The position numbers were made by a program, and so were the translations under genes. A stretch of 64,000 nt of DNA from Ranitomeya imitator (lineage: Eukaryota). The stretch lies in NCBI RefSeq assembly GCF_032444005.1, contig NC_091282.1:783060001-783124000 (forward strand), read 5' to 3'. Of the stretch, positions 50,576-62,393 are shown piece after piece (position 1 is the first letter of the stretch; each line of letters opens with the position of its first letter). A model generated the notes under the pieces. The model was given only the letters and a program-made list of their open reading frames with translations, did no database searches and was not told the DNA's origin.

Positions 50576-51342
50576 AAGCACCTGCTCATAAGATGTTGTT
50601 GGTTTCGGGTTTCACTCCTGAATGTGATCTCCTCAGAGCTGCGCTCCTCTGTGGTGGAGTTCTGCCAGGAGTGAGTAATCTTGGCTTTTGTACATGCAGG
50701 GACATAATAAAGGATTACTTTCCTCTTGCTCAGATTCCGCCGCTCGCTGAAGAATGGATTCTTGTAAATTAGAATAACTGAATTATGAGACAGTTACAAG
50801 AGAACAATGGCGGACTGTACAAGTGACGGATAATCCGTGACACTGAACTGATGCGACGGGGAATAAGGCACGGCCGTACAATCACTGTCCTGGGGTCCCA
50901 ACTTTAGGGTTTGACTTTTGGGGTTGAAAGGAGGCGGCTTTAGATGTACGTTGGGGAGCCGGTAACTGGAGCGTGTGTGCTGCGGGAGTAACATGAAATA
51001 CCCCAAAGGTTGTATCTGTGTGTAGATACTGATTATTTAGATACACCAAGCAGGAAGGCGTATCTAATGTGACTGCGGGACTGATTAGAACCCATTCTTC
51101 ACTACATCTCTCTTAGATACACAGTATCTAAGCTTATGTTAGATACACTTTCTAGCAGGATGTATCGAACATTGTAGCCTTTACTTAATGTTCTGGGGGC
51201 TGGAAGTTTGCACAGGATTCGGATGGAGAGTTGCACTTTATTTCCCATTCACTATATTGAAGGCTGGATCCCCCCTTTTAATCTGGTGGACTACAATTCC
51301 CATCATGCATGGTGTCACCTCTCACGTCTCTGTGTCCCTTAG

Positions 51343-51453
51343 ACCATGACCAGTGAACTGTCCCAACTGCAGCTGCAATATGACCGACTCTGGGAAAGGA
51401 ACAAACAGCTGGAAATGACCTTTAACCGGGAGAAGAATCAGTTCCGGAACCAG
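51343..51453 (+). CDS. CCDC197: CCDC197 coding exon 7
   Basis: cccttag|TMTSELSQLQLQYDRLWERNKQLEMTFNREKNQFRNQ|gtgaga. Confidence 0.88.
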
Positions 51454-51542
51454 GTGAGAGCGTCCCGAGCGTCATGGAGAATGGGGGTTGTAGTTGTGAC
51501 ATGTCATTTAGAAAGATAGAGGAGAGGAATGTATTTCTGTTA

Positions 51543-52165
51543 GGACGGTTTCAAACGTCAGTGGCTCCGGTACGTGTGGTGACAGTTTCCTCACGTACCG
51601 GAGACACTGACTTACGTAGACACATTAAAATCAATGTGTCTCTGCACATGTCAGCGTGTTTTCACAGACTGTGTGTCCGTTTGAAAAACACGGAGACATG
51701 TCAGTGTTTGTGGGAACGCACGGATCACACGGACCCATTAAAGTCAATGGGTCCGTGTAAAACACGTACCGCACACGGATGCTGTCCGTGTGCAGTCCGT
51801 GTGCTGTGCAGGAGACAGCGCTACTGTAAGCGCTGTCCCCCCCGCGTGTGGTGCTGAGGCCGGAATTCATCCCTTCTTCCCAGCAGCATTCGCTGGAGAG
51901 AAGGAATTAATAATCTTTTTTTTTTTTTTTTCCCTTAAAAATAAAGTTTGTGCGTCCCCTCCCGCCCCCCATCCCCTGTGCGCCCCCCCCGCTTTCCAGG
52001 AAATACTCACCGACACCCAGCTCCAGCGATGTCTCCTCTCAGCGGCTGCAGCCTGTGCTGTGTGAGCGGTCATGTGGTCCCGCTCATTACAGTGAGGAAC
52101 GGCTGCAGCCGCTGAGAGGAGACATCGCTGGAGCTGGGTGTCGGTGAGTATTTCCTGGCAAGCGG
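51543..52165. mobile_element. Harbinger-type element, left arm plus central palindrome
   Basis: TTA|ggacggtttcaaac start; 63-bp inverted arms at 51991-52053 and 52101-52163. Confidence 0.65.
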
Positions 52166-52200
52166 TACCGGAATTATCTGGATGTGTGGGACAGGCCTTA

Positions 52201-54544
52201 GGCCGGCGTCACACACAGCGTATGAAAATACGGTCCGTATATTATGGCCGTAATACGCTGAAAAGTCCCGAAAATAGTGGTCTGTAGCTCCTCCATAGGC
52301 AGGGTGTGTCAGCGTTTTTTGCGCATGGCATCCTCCGTATGTAATCCGTATGGCAGCCGTAATGCGTGTTTTTATCGCAGGCTTGCAAAACCGACATACG
52401 GCTATACAAGGGATCCATGTGTAAAAAAAAAAAAAAAACATATATACTGTCAGTAGACACATATATATTAATATTTCATCCAGCGCGATATAGCAGAAAG
52501 CCGGTAATTCAATTACCGGCTTTTGCTTTCTCCTTCCTAAAACCCGACATGATATGAGACCTGGTTTACATACAGTAAACCATCTCATATCCCCATTTTT
52601 TTTGCATATTCCACACTACTAATGTCAGTAGTGTGTATATGCAAAATTTGGCCGTTCTAGCTAGTAAATTAAGGGGTTAAATGGCGGAAAAAATTGGCGT
52701 GGGCTCCCGCACAATTTTCTCCGCCAGAGTGGTAAAGCCAGTGACTGAGGGCAGATATTAATAGCCTGGAGAGGGTCCATGGTTATTGGCCCCCCCCCCC
52801 CTGGCTAAAAACATCTGCCCCCAGCCACCCCAGAAAAAGGCACATCTGGAAGATGCGCCTATTCTGGCACTTGGCCACTCTCTTCCCATTCCTGTGTAGC
52901 TGTGGGATATGGGGTAATGAAGGGTTAATGTCACCTTGCTATTGTAAGGTGACATTAAGCCAAATTAATAATGGAGAGGCATCAATTCTGACACCTATCC
53001 ATTATTAATCCAATACTAGTAAAGGGTTAAAAAAAACACACACACATTATTAAAAATTAATTTAATGAAAAAAACACAAAGGTTGTTGTATTAATTTTTT
53101 TTTGCATATTCCACACTACTAATGTCCGTAGTGTGTCTATGCAAAATTTGGCCGTTCTAGCTAGTAAATTAAGGGGTTAAATGGCAGAAAAAATTGGCGT
53201 GGGCTCCCGCACAATTTTCTCTGCCAGAGTGGTAAAGCCAGTGACTAAGGGCAGATATTAATAGCCTGGAGAGGGTCCATGGTTATTGCCCCCCCCCCCG
53301 GCTAAAAACATCTGCCCCCAGCCACCCCAGAAAAGGCACATCTGGAAGATGCGCCTATTCTGGCACTTGGCCACTCTCTTCCCATTCCCGTGTAGCGGTG
53401 GGATATGGGGTAATGAAGGGTTAATGTCACCTTTCTATTGTAAGGTGAGATTAAGCCAAATTAATAATGGAGAGGCGTCAATTATGACACCTATCCATTA
53501 TTAATCCAATACTAGTAAAGGGTTAAAAAAAAAACACAAACACATTATTAAAAATTATTTTAATGAAAAAAACACAAAGGTTGTTGTATTAATTTATTCT
53601 ACTCTCAATCCACTCACTGAAGACCCTCGATCTGTAAATAAAAAAAATAAAAATAAACCAAGACTATACATACCTTCCGAGGCTCGAGATCATAAGAGGC
53701 GCCCTCTGCTGGTTGTCCTCATATGAACTCGAGCCAGGGAGCTTTCTAGGAAAGTTCCCATGATCTAGGAACAGCCAGCAGAGGGCGCCTCACCGCAAAT
53801 GCAGGTAAATATAGGTCAATGACCTACTTTACCTACATTCTCCGGGGTTTTGCAGGCAGGAGCAGCGCTGCATTAACAGAACTCCTGCCTGAAAAATATT
53901 TTAACCCCTTCAGATGGATTTACATCATTGGACCTTACAGATCCTCGGAGGGTATGTATATTCTTGGTTTATTTTTTTTTTTTTATTTACAGATCAAGGG
54001 TCTTCAGTGAGTGGATTGAGAGTAGAATAATGGTGATATGAGATGGTTTACTGTATGTAAACCAGGTCTCATATCATGTCGGGTTTAGGAAGGAGAAAGC
54101 AAAAGCCGGTAATTGAATTACCGGCTTTCTGCTATATCGCGCTGGATGAAGTAATAATATATATACCTATTCTATGTGTACACATTTATTCTACCTATTC
54201 TACTGGAAGCTGTCAGTGTGATTTTACTGTACACCGCACTGAATTGCCGGCTTTTCTCTCTAACACCGCTGCGTATTCCTCGCAAGTCACACTGCTGGTC
54301 CGTGTGTAATCCGTATTTTTGGGGCTTCCATAGACTTTCATTGACGTTTTATTTGCGCAATACGGTGACAAACGCAGCATGCTGCGATTTTCTACGGCCG
54401 TAGAAAGCCGTATAATACTGATCAGTTTAATACGGCAGATAGGAGCAGGGGCATAGAGAATAATTGTGCCGTATTTTTTGCGAGTTTTACGGACGTAGTT
54501 TCTGCGCTCTTACGTCCGTAAAACTCGCAAGTGTGACGCCGGCC
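52201..54544. mobile_element. 2.3-kb non-autonomous Harbinger-like element
   Basis: TTA|ggccggcgtcacac...gtgtgacgccggcc|TTA with an internal ~500-bp tandem duplication and no ORF. Confidence 0.88.
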
Positions 54545-54912
54545 TTATACCAGCAGTGCTGCAGTGTAAAGCATGGTGTATCAGTCTGATTCTGTTCTGC
54601 TCTGTCCATTGGAGTCAGGTGTAGCATTAAATCTAAGAGGAAGTCACTGATACTAGTTGTGCTGGAGTGAAGCAGAGCTGCAGTGTAAAGCATGGTGGAT
54701 CAGTCTGATATTGCAAGATGGGAAACAATAATCAGTTAGCTGTTCTGTAGGGTCAGGAGTAGGAATAAATCACTAATTATAGTTGTAGTGAAAAGCATGA
54801 AAATTAATGTTGGAGATATTTTGCTTCCCGCCTCCTGTGCTGATACATGCAGTGTACACAGCAGGCCCTGTGTATGGCAGTCTCAGGCTCACGCTGATCT
54901 CTGTCTCCGCAG

Positions 54913-55029
54913 AGCGTGGAGGTCGGCAGCTTACTGCTGGCGGTGATAAACCTGGCCGATCACTGTCATATGAAGCATTACGGGCCGCTGGCTGCGGTGG
55001 AGCTCAGCCAGAAGCTGGATATGATCAAG
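54913..55029 (+). CDS. CCDC197: CCDC197 coding exon 8
   Basis: ccgcag|SVEVGSLLLAVINLADHCHMKHYGPLAAVELSQKLDMIK|gtgaat, compare human ...MDLFSKLDLIK. Confidence 0.88.
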
Positions 55030-55108
55030 GTGAATGTGGGTCACCTGTCCTGGACTCGGGGGGGACAGTTCTTGTAATGATGGATCTGAAGCTCTACGGG
55101 AGGGGTTA

Positions 55109-55407
55109 GGGTATGTGCACACGTTGCGGATTCCATTGCAGATTTTTCCGCGCGGATTCTGCAGAATCTAAAGGTAAAATGACCTGCGGATTTCCCCTGC
55201 GTTTTTACACCTGCAGATTCCTATTATGGAATAGGTGTGAACCGCTGCGGAATCCGCCCAAAGAATTGACATGCTGCGTAAAAAAACGCAGCGTTTCCGC
55301 GCGGTATTTTCCACAGCGGATTTGGTTTTCCATAGGTTTCCATGGTACTGTACAACGCATGGAAAACTGCGAATCCACAGCCAAATCCGCACCGTGTGCA
55401 CAGAGCC
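55109..55407. mobile_element. Harbinger-type MITE
   Basis: TTA|gggtatgtgcacacg ... cgtgtgcacagagcc|TTA. Confidence 0.82.
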
Positions 55408-56068
55408 TTAATAGGGAGGGGACGTCAGTGTGAAGGAACCCCATATATCTGGCACTCGGGGTACGGGCGCTCTAGATGCCACTCACGTGGCCATGACGGA
55501 CACCGGCTCGGCTGCAGATGTTACAGTATCAGTTGATTTCCGAGTTCCACGACTGCCTATAGATTTTAGGGTCCACACTTTTTGGGGTGAAGCACTGGTT
55601 TTCTGGTTTGCCCAATGACCCAGTTATCAGTGCCTGACCCTCACTCAACCACCCAATCTAAGGTCGTGTTCACACTTTGCGGTAATTTTGCTGTTGTACC
55701 CTGACAGCCCTGCCGTCTTTTAACTGTTTCACGGCATAATCAGTGCTAGGAGACAGCTGTCACCTGAAGAGCAGCGCGGCCTTTCTCATCGGTCTTGTAA
55801 GTAGCCGATTACCTGCAGGAAACAATGAGAAGACTGCAGCGACAACGGGCTGGTGCGGGTAAGCAGCAGAATAACTGCAGTGTGTGAACTCTGCCGAGAT
55901 CAACTATTCCGTCACTCAGCCAATCCATCATCCAGTCATTAAAAGGGACAACAACGATCAGCCATCACCTCAATCATACGACCATCAATAAATCGTCAAT
56001 CAATGTGCCCGCCCAATCGCTCCCACAACCCATCCGGAGTTTCCTAATAGTTTCCGGTCTCTTCTCAG

Positions 56069-56248
56069 GAATATATTCTGGAAAAGATAGAAATCGAAAA
56101 ATTGGCGAAATCTCCTTATGAGGATTTGCAGCTTCTGTCCATCACGGAGGAGAACGGCACAAAGCTGAAGAAGACAACAGGGAACAAGAAGCTTCTGCAC
56201 AAGGCTCTGAACAAGCAGCGCACGCCCAGCGCCAGAACTAAGGAGTGA
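56069..56248 (+). CDS. CCDC197: CCDC197 terminal coding exon 9
   Basis: ttctcag|EYILEKIEIEKLAK...RTKE*, compare human EFMLDKME; the joined CDS is 1152 nt and open. Confidence 0.88.
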   Translation, partial: EYILEKIEIEKLAKSPYEDLQLLSITEENGTKLKKTTGNKKLLHKALNKQRTPSARTKE

Positions 56249-56684
56249 CTACAGTGATAAGGGGCGGCCAGATCTGCTCCCAATACCAGCCTACACCTCC
56301 AGGGTTAAACCTCCTGTGCAGATATGGCCCCCAGGCAGTTGTGTAGGGTAGAAAAATGTGATTGTGTGAGGTTTCCTTAATCTGATGCTTAATGATCCAG
56401 AGACTTCCAATAGACTGTTATCTAGACAGTCCAGAGTCACCTGATGGTCCAGAATCCCCGAGGTCCGGTCTATGGAATATTGTGGATCCGCCTGTGTGGT
56501 GTAAGAGATAAAGGACGGTGATGGCTCCGGGGACAAGGAGTCTCATCGGCCATTTTCTTACAGTTTTGGTTGTACATGTATATACCATACTATATAGTAT
56601 ATGGAATTTCCAATAATCCGGTACGTCGGTGATACAAGGCATTCCAGATCATTAGCAATAAGACTCAGCAGCTAGATATAGATC

Positions 56685-56690
56685 AATAAA
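56685..56690 (+). terminator. Candidate CCDC197 polyadenylation signal
   Basis: AATAAA about 440 nt after the stop codon; a second AATAAA lies at 56838. Confidence 0.5.
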
Positions 56691-56701
56691 TATAAAAGGG
56701 G

Positions 56702-56871
56702 TTTTCTTGTTATTGGAGGGGGGAGGGATGTGTTTGGTGTATTTACATTTATTAAAAAATGTGGAATGTATTATCATTTGTACTCTAATGCATTAATGCA
56801 TGCTTATGTATGTAATGTTATCCTTTCTGCTTTCTTCAATAAAAAGTATTTGATTTAAAAAAATATATATG
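56702..56871 (+). mobile_element. 5'-truncated LINE 3' end
   Basis: AATAAA and an A-rich tail, flanked by an 11-bp direct repeat TATAAAAGGGG (56691-56701, 56872-56882). Confidence 0.65.
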
Positions 56872-57481
56872 TATAAAAGGGGAACATTTAGTCGAAACCC
56901 TGACGATTGAGCTAATGCTCGCCCCTGATTTAGAGGTTACCATAATAGATGCTATGGATTCCCTGCAGTCCATGGAAGGCTTTGTTATCCCTTCTCCAAA
57001 GTTTGTGCTGCACCAATGGCAGCTGAAAGAAATGAAACTTTCTAAACTCTTTTACATGTGATATTGTGCCCTCTGGTGGTTGCTGCTGGTGTTACACTTC
57101 TAGTAAGTTTGGGTACTAATCAGATAAGAATTTCTACGCAAAATTTGCCAGAATGTTATCACAATTTACACCGAAAAAGTGGTGTAAATGTTGTGCATTA
57201 AATTAGTTACGTTTTTTTTTTTTTAGACATGTTTGCATCTCAATAGATTATTCTAAAAAGTGTCTATGGTGAGAAATGCTGCAGACTTATTAATGCCATC
57301 TGCTATTCACTGCATTAAAAGTATACAAATTATTACAAAAGTGTATAAAATTCAACAATTTCATTTTGTTTGGTTTTTTTTAAATCATTTTTCTGAAATT
57401 TGTGCACGATATTTGATGAATTAAAAAGATGCTTTCATTTTTTTTTAACCTTTTCCACTTTTTTTTAGAATGTTGGGCAAA

Positions 57482-57555
57482 ATTATTATTATTATTATTG
57501 TTATAGCGCCATTTGTTCCATGGCGCTTTACATGTGAAGAGGGGTATACATAATG
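57482..57555 (-). mobile_element. L2-type 3' tail fragment
   Basis: Same stem-loop and (TAA)n tail as 27534-27585. Confidence 0.7.
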
Positions 57556-58110
57556 ACAAAATATGACAAGGTACAGAAAAAAAAAATAGTCTACAAATTT
57601 AAATCATTGCCACAGTTTATATAAATGAAAGGCGGAAAGCGGCAGATTTCAGAGCAGAATAATCTCGCGCCTGGTTCCCTTAGGTGCCGTGTACACAGAG
57701 TCAAACTTTTACAAACAGAAACTACTTGATGAAACACTTATTTGGTGGAATTTTTCTTTTCTCGGACCAATCATTAATGTTTTTTTAACCCCGTTTACTG
57801 GATCGTGCTTAGTTTGGGGGCAGATTCCATCAGAAGCCGCTTGAAAGAAGTCACATGCAATTTCTAGTTTTTCCAACAACACAAGGTGTTTTTTGAAACC
57901 TCTGCAAGAAAAAAAAAAATCTTGTATGTACAACAAAGGAGATTTCTCATAGAAATCAATTGGAAGAGTTTTCCAAGAGTTTAAGCAAATGTTTCAGGCT
58001 TTTTTTTTTTAAAATGGAAGTCGCGTGCACCTCGTGTAGTCGACGCAATGCGCCCAGGAGGGATAGGAAGCTGCCGGCCACACTTGTGGAAAGATGATGA
58101 AAAACTCTAA

Positions 58111-58302
58111 GGCTGCCGTCACACTATCAGTATTTGATCAGTATTTTACATCAGTATTTGTAGCCAAAACCAGGAGTGGGTGATAAATACAGAAGTGGTG
58201 CACATGTTTCTATTATACTTTCCTCTATTTGCTCCACTCCTGGTTTTGGCTACAAATACTGATGTAAAATACTGACCAAATACTGATAGTGTGACGGCAG
58301 CC
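58111..58302. mobile_element. Palindromic Harbinger-type MITE
   Basis: Inverted near-identical copy of 26261-26454. Confidence 0.88.
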
Positions 58303-59411
58303 TTAATGGAGCCACACCACTAATTATAGGTAATTGGGGGATTCAGAGGACGAGACCACCTCTATGACACCCATGTCTTCTAGCAGGACGGAATACTCTT
58401 CAGGTGCCACTCCCTAATAATCCGGCTTTAGGAGCCCTGTTTGTTTGTTGTTCTGTTACATTGTTTCCAATAATCTACAAATAAAGCAACGTATAACCAA
58501 CCAGCCCCCTGCTCCCCCCTGACCGGCCTTTCTGCCTCTTGGTTCTCTCATTTTGGGCCTCTTTTTTTACAGTCTGTGGTCACAGTTTGGGGCCCCCAAA
58601 TGTTTTTGCACAATTCATCATTTGCGACTTTTCCCAAAGCTGCAAAGTTTCTCACACGTTCTCCATTTCTCTGATTTACATACGGACATTTGTTTTTTGT
58701 TTGTTTTCTTTCCAACATTTTGAAAAATTTAGAGCAAAAAAACATCAACAGACGTCTCAAGACCAAAAAAAAAAAAAAAGAAAAACGTCTTGGTTTTTTT
58801 ACCCCACAGCAAGCAGAGATCCTGCAAATGGTGAGAACTTGAAGACACAAATATATCGGAAAGTGCAAACATTTCCTGACGAGGGAAAGGAAACATTACT
58901 ACAAAACACAGAAGACTTCTTTACATCTCAGGCCTCTTACCCTTACGGCTTCTCAATCTCCAACTGCTGGGGGGACTACAATTCCCAGAGCCTGAAATCA
59001 GGGCATGCTGGGTGTTGTAGTTCCTGGACATGTCATCATGTTGCATTTGCTACATTCCAGACTTTGAACTTGATGACATCACATGACATGGGCGGAGTAT
59101 AAGGAGGCGGAAAACCTATTTAAGGAGGAGTTTGGGGCTTTACTGGTTCTGCAGGAAGAAGGAGCAGAGCTGACATGGTTGGTGCAGGCTGGGGTCACTA
59201 CACTGTCACTCCCAGCATGTCCTAACACTAACAGTCCCATGCTGGGAGCTGCAGGTCATTGTATTCTGAATAGTGTGCTATTGTCCTCTGGTATCAGTCA
59301 GGGGCAGTGCTCATGCTGAGTGTCTGCAGGGGGATCATTATTACATTGTGTCACTTCACAGGTCAGAAAGGATGGGGTCACACTGGCGTCTCCAGGGTTT
59401 GGGGGCATTAA

Positions 59412-59760
59412 AGGCTTTTTCCTGAAAAATCAAGATATTCCTGATAGGTAATTTGCTGATCATTTGGGGTCTGATGCTGGGACCCCCACAGATCCCAATA
59501 TGAGGACTCTGCATCCTTGCTCCAAATTTAGCGGAGGTGCGTATGCCTGGCCTGTGCTCCAGTCATTGTCCATGGACGGCCGTGTGTAGAGGCTTTTTCA
59601 TCAGTCCCAAAGATAATGGATAGGAGGCCGAGCATAAGCGTTCAGGACAGGCCACATTCTCAGGATCTGTGGGGGTCAAAGTGGTAGGACCCCCAGTGGC
59701 CAGCACATTACCCTCCTATCCAATAGACAGGGAATATCTTGACTTTATGCGAATAGCCCT
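59412..59760. mobile_element. Kolobok/T2-type MITE
   Basis: TTAA|aggcttttt...gaatagccct|TTAA with imperfect TIRs. Confidence 0.6.
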
Positions 59761-59987
59761 TTAATGCCCCATTTGCAGAATTGCAGGGGTTCCCATCTGT
59801 TGGACTCCCAACAAATAGCAAGTCATCCCCTATTGATGGAGGTGCCTTAATTTTTTTTTTTTTTAGGACTATCCCTTTAAGGAGGTTTCCTACCTTGTGT
59901 CTATAGCAAATCACAGTAGGACATATCTGAAGCTCACAGGGCCCCAACACTCACGGCACCATAGTGGTTTTCTCACATGGCTCCTGT

Positions 59988-60705
59988 GCGGAGGATTCAG
60001 GGAGAAGTGTCAGCTCTAGGGGTGAGCGGAGGATTCAGGGAGAAGTGTTGGCTTTAGGGGTGAGTGGAGGATTCAAGGAGAAAGGACAGCTCTATGGGTG
60101 AGCAGAGGATTCGGGGAAAAGTGTCAGCTCTAGGGGTGAGCTGAAGATTCAAGGAGAAGGAACAGCTCTAGGGGGAGCAGGGGATTCGGGGAGAAGTGTC
60201 AGCTCTAGGGGTGAGCGGAGGATTCAAGGAGAAAGAACAGCTCTAGGGGGAGCAGGGGATTCGGGGAGAAGTGTCAGCTCTAGGGGTGAGCGGAGGATTC
60301 GGGGAGAAGTGTCAGCTCTAGGGGGAGCAGAGGATTCGGGGAGAAGTGTCAGCTGTAGGGGGAGCAGAGGATTCGGGGAGAAGTGTCAGCTCTAGGGGTG
60401 AGCGGAGGATTCAGGGAGAAGTGTCAGCTGTAGGGGGAGCAGAGGATTCTGGGAGAAGTGTCAGCTCTAGGGGGAGCAGAGGATTCGGGGAGAAGTGTCA
60501 GCTGTAGGGGGAGCAGAAGATTCGGGGAGAAGGGTCAGCTCTAGGGGTGAGCGGAGGATTCAGGGAGAAGTGTCAGCTGTAGGGGGAGCAGAGGATTCTG
60601 GGAGAAGTGTCAGCTCTAGGGGTGAGCGGAGGATTTGGGGAGAAGTGTCAGCTCTAAAGGTGAGTGGAGGATTCGGGGAGAAGTGTCAGCTGTAGGGGGA
60701 GCAGA
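59988..60705. repeat. 37-38-bp G-rich VNTR (ggggagaagtgtcagctctaggggtgagcggaggattc)
   Basis: About 19 tandem units. Confidence 0.93.
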
Positions 60706-60969
60706 AGCTGCAGGACGGTGGGGGCCATCTACAAGTTGAGTACAGGTAACAGGACCCAGTACCTTCTAGTGACACTCCCTACAATGCTGTGGATGCTAGT
60801 TGTGCTCGTGTCAGATTGTGCACCTTTGTTGTGGGGTCCCAGTGTCCGGCTCGCTGGTAAGGAATCTCAGGCAGGCGGATCCCCTCCATCCACAGGCACA
60901 GACTCTGCATGCATAGACTGCCCCCTGGTGGTGCGAAGGTAAAAATACAAGAAGCAGATGAACCCTTAA

Positions 60970-61365
60970 AGGGAACCTGTGACTAGGAATAATGCTGCTA
61001 ACCTGCAGATATGGGGTTAATCTGCAGGTTATCATCGCTATTCTGCTGTGCGGTGCCTGCACGCAGGTGAATGCAGTGGGGAGAAAATGATCTTTATTCT
61101 CCTACCAGCATTCCGTAGTCAGTCATGGGTTCTGAATATACAGAGAATATACTGCGTCCCGGCCCTGACTGACCCTGGCTCTACATTGCGGCCGGGGCCT
61201 CTGTATACTCGGCAGTGACTGATCCGCTCCCGCCCCTATGACTGAATACCAAATGCTGGCGGGAGAATAAAGATCATTTTCTCCCTGCTGCTGGACAGCA
61301 TAATAGCAGTGTTAACCTGCAGATTAACCCCATATCTGCAGGTTATTCCTGGTGACAGGTTCCCT
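60970..61365. mobile_element. Kolobok/T2-type MITE
   Basis: TTAA|agggaacctgt...acaggttccct|TTAA. Confidence 0.85.
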
Positions 61366-61810
61366 TTAAGGTTTTGTTCAAACGTTATCGGCAGGTACAA
61401 AAACCCAGCCTAAAAAAGCAGCAAAAACTAAACCTGCTTTGTAAGCGGCTTAAACTTGGCATAAAAAAACTGCAAAAACGTGTGAACATGGCCTTAGACT
61501 CGCCGTTGGCGTTCCTGCGCTGCTGCAGTTATCATACAACCAAACATTGTGTGTTTTTTATATAATGTTGCTGCCCTGATTCATTATTTGCAGTATTTTT
61601 CTTTTTGTCTGATTTTAATTTTTTGTGCCAAATTCTTCAAAATGGGTGACGGGATTTTGTGCAAAATCAAAGCTGTCTTGTGCCATTTTTAAATCATCTT
61701 TGCGCCGTCTTACTGTGAAGTTGCACGATACATTCTGCCTGTTGGTCTTAAACGGTGCAAAAATAAAATGAGGACAGAACGGCGCAGACTGCGACACCGA
61801 GAAGTCACGA

Positions 61811-61831
61811 ATGGCGGCCGTGATGGGGAAA
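61811..61831 (+). CDS. OTUB2: Candidate OTUB2 first coding exon (MAAVMGK)
   Basis: ATG in a CpG-rich block with a phase-0 donor AAA|gtgagc, 140 nt before the next exon; not confirmed by homology. Confidence 0.45.
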
Positions 61832-61971
61832 GTGAGCAGTGGAGGCCGAGAAACTCCGGGGCCGCAGATTACAGAATGACACACCCATTCGCGGAGGCGA
61901 TGGTGGCCCGGGGGTGGCCGTGCTGGAGATCTCCGCTTGCTGTCAGTGACTGTCACTTTCTTGTGTTGCAG

Positions 61972-62067
61972 GCCGCGAACATGTACGGATTGATATCGGA
62001 GAAGTGCGACCTCGCCCTCTTCATAGCGGAGCACCGCGGCGAGCCGTCGTGTCGCCAAAGGTTGAAG
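61972..62067 (+). CDS. OTUB2: OTUB2 coding exon
   Basis: 96 nt, AANMYGLISEKCDLALFIAEHRGEPSCRQRLK, compare human SETSFNLISEKCDILSILRDHPENRIYRRKIE. Confidence 0.9.
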
Positions 62068-62197
62068 GTATTTTTTAACCCTTTCTTGGCACCGCTGACT
62101 GCTCACAAAAACCAGTTTATTAGATGGTGCAAGTTACTTCGCCTCCTGGGAGTTGTAGTCCCCTCACAAATGTCCTGACTCCTTCGCTCTCTCCTAG

Positions 62198-62316
62198 GGG
62201 CTGCAGCAACATTATTGCGCCGCCCGCAGGACTTGCGCTGACGGCAGTTGCTTCTATAGAGGTTTGGGCTTCGCTTTTCTTGAGTATCTGCTCGGTAAAC
62301 CCCAGGATTTGCTCCG
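62198..62316 (+). CDS. OTUB2: OTUB2 exon containing the catalytic Cys loop
   Basis: 119 nt, ...RRTCADGSCFYRGLGFAFLEYLLGK, compare human KTKGDGNCFYRALGYSYLESLLGK. Confidence 0.93.
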
Positions 62317-62393
62317 GTGAGTGGGCGGCCATTAGTCTCTGACCACACGGATATTTCCAGGGTCCGTCCTCAGCTGTTTGCTCTTCCTCGCAG

